A stretch of DNA of 64,000 nucleotides. Source: a virus. The stretch lies in the IMG/VR virus record IMGVR_UViG_3300042896_000648, positions 14,549 to 78,548 of that record; one strand, 5' to 3'. Positions 63,387 through 64,000 of this stretch are shown one piece after another. Within the stretch, counting starts at the first letter, position 1; every line of letters starts with the position of its first letter. The notes below the pieces were generated by a model. It was given only the letters and a program-made list of their open reading frames with translations. It made no database searches and was not told the DNA's origin. The translations under genes and the position numbers were made by a program.

Positions 63387-63471
63387 AGAAGGTATTGTAA
63401 GTGGCTATACTAACTCGTTTGCTAAACGAACAGCGGTAAAACGCTTTAGGGTTCGACTCCCTAATCTTCTG
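63387..63471 (+). tRNA. trnS: tRNA-Ser(GCT)
   Basis: AGAAGGT/ATCTTCT acceptor, loop TTGCTAA, long variable arm, G73. Confidence 0.85.
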
Positions 63472-63516
63472 CAAAAATATTTTTAAAAAATAATTTTTAT
63501 TTTGAACTTTATATTA

Positions 63517-63626
63517 TATCTTTGTGTTATAATATTAATCGACAGGGGAGAGTCGGTTGTCCGGCTTTCTTACTGCAAATATTTAAAAAAGCCGAACTGC
63601 ATCCCCTGTCAGTTTTGGCTTTTTTT
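63517..63626 (+). promoter_or_regulatory. Promoter (TATCTTTG) plus switchable leader/terminator
   Basis: Terminator AAGCCGAACTG/CAGTTTTGGCTT-T. The 5' GACAGGGGA is complementary to the loop TCCCCTGTC. Confidence 0.65.
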
Positions 63627-64000
63627 ATGTATAGAATTTATACTTCCATTTCAGGTGATGCCATTAAGTCGGACAAAAGGTCTTATCAATTCCTTTTGCT
63701 TCTAAAATTGCGTGTGCTTGCATCAAAATGCGGTGGTAGATTCTATTTAAAGGATGCCATGAAGGCACTTGACCTAAATGAAAGAACCACAAAAAAACAC
63801 CTAAAAGAAATCACAGAGATTACAAAATACTCTGATGGATACCATTTCACTTCATTACTTCACTCACTAAACAAAAAAAATGCTTTCGTGCTTATCTCGC
63901 CAGAGGTGTTGAACTCTTTCTCATGGCTTAATATAGCCTCATTTAGAGCTTACCTTACCGAGATTAGTCTTACACGTTATAAAAGATACCAACATGCAAA
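63627..64000 (+). CDS. Partial ORF, possibly winged-helix DNA-binding (MYRIYTSISG...)
   Basis: Open frame from ATG 63627 to the window end, with a KDAMKALDLNERTTKKHLKEI HTH-like segment. Confidence 0.55.
   Translation, partial: MYRIYTSISGDAIKSDKRSYQFLLLLKLRVLASKCGGRFYLKDAMKALDLNERTTKKHLKEITEITKYSDGYHFTSLLHSLNKKNAFVLISPEVLNSFSWLNIASFRAYLTEISLTRYKRYQHA

Noticed and set aside
63502-63705. 67-aa ORF over the leader
   Set aside because: It overlaps the promoter and terminator. The real gene appears to start at 63627 in another frame.
1-64000. Temperate lifestyle / prophage call
   Set aside because: No integrase, att-linked host genes or clear repressor switch in this window. The genome extends beyond it, so lifestyle is left undetermined.

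Overview
AT-rich segment of a tailed dsDNA phage genome, siphovirus-like because it carries a long tape measure gene. The host is most likely a Bacteroidota, judging from the recurrent TTG..TAnnTTTG promoters and the lack of Shine-Dalgarno sites. The window holds a replication module (DUF4373-type initiator with iteron-like repeats, primase-helicase, ThyX, SSB-like protein, exonuclease, NinG) and two DNA methyltransferases. The virion and packaging genes (terminase, portal, scaffold, capsid, tail, tape measure, fibres, lysis) lie mostly on the minus strand and are broken up by islands of small early-type ORFs. There are five tRNA genes plus one non-canonical tRNA-like RNA. I recognise no integrase, DNA polymerase, reverse transcriptase or CRISPR array. 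The main unexplained signals are: (1) an apparent trp-style leader-peptide attenuator (MKRILTYCYSSWSTKS) ahead of the tRNA operon, whose control codons match the tRNAs this phage encodes; (2) two integron-like cassette arrays with attC-like hairpins, self-complementary cassette ends and a shared terminal half-site, but no integrase; (3) a -1 frameshift tail chaperone with a long dual-coding overlap; (4) a distinct AACC-N13-TATTTTTG promoter class in front of virion gene blocks. All calls come from manual reading; no searches were run.
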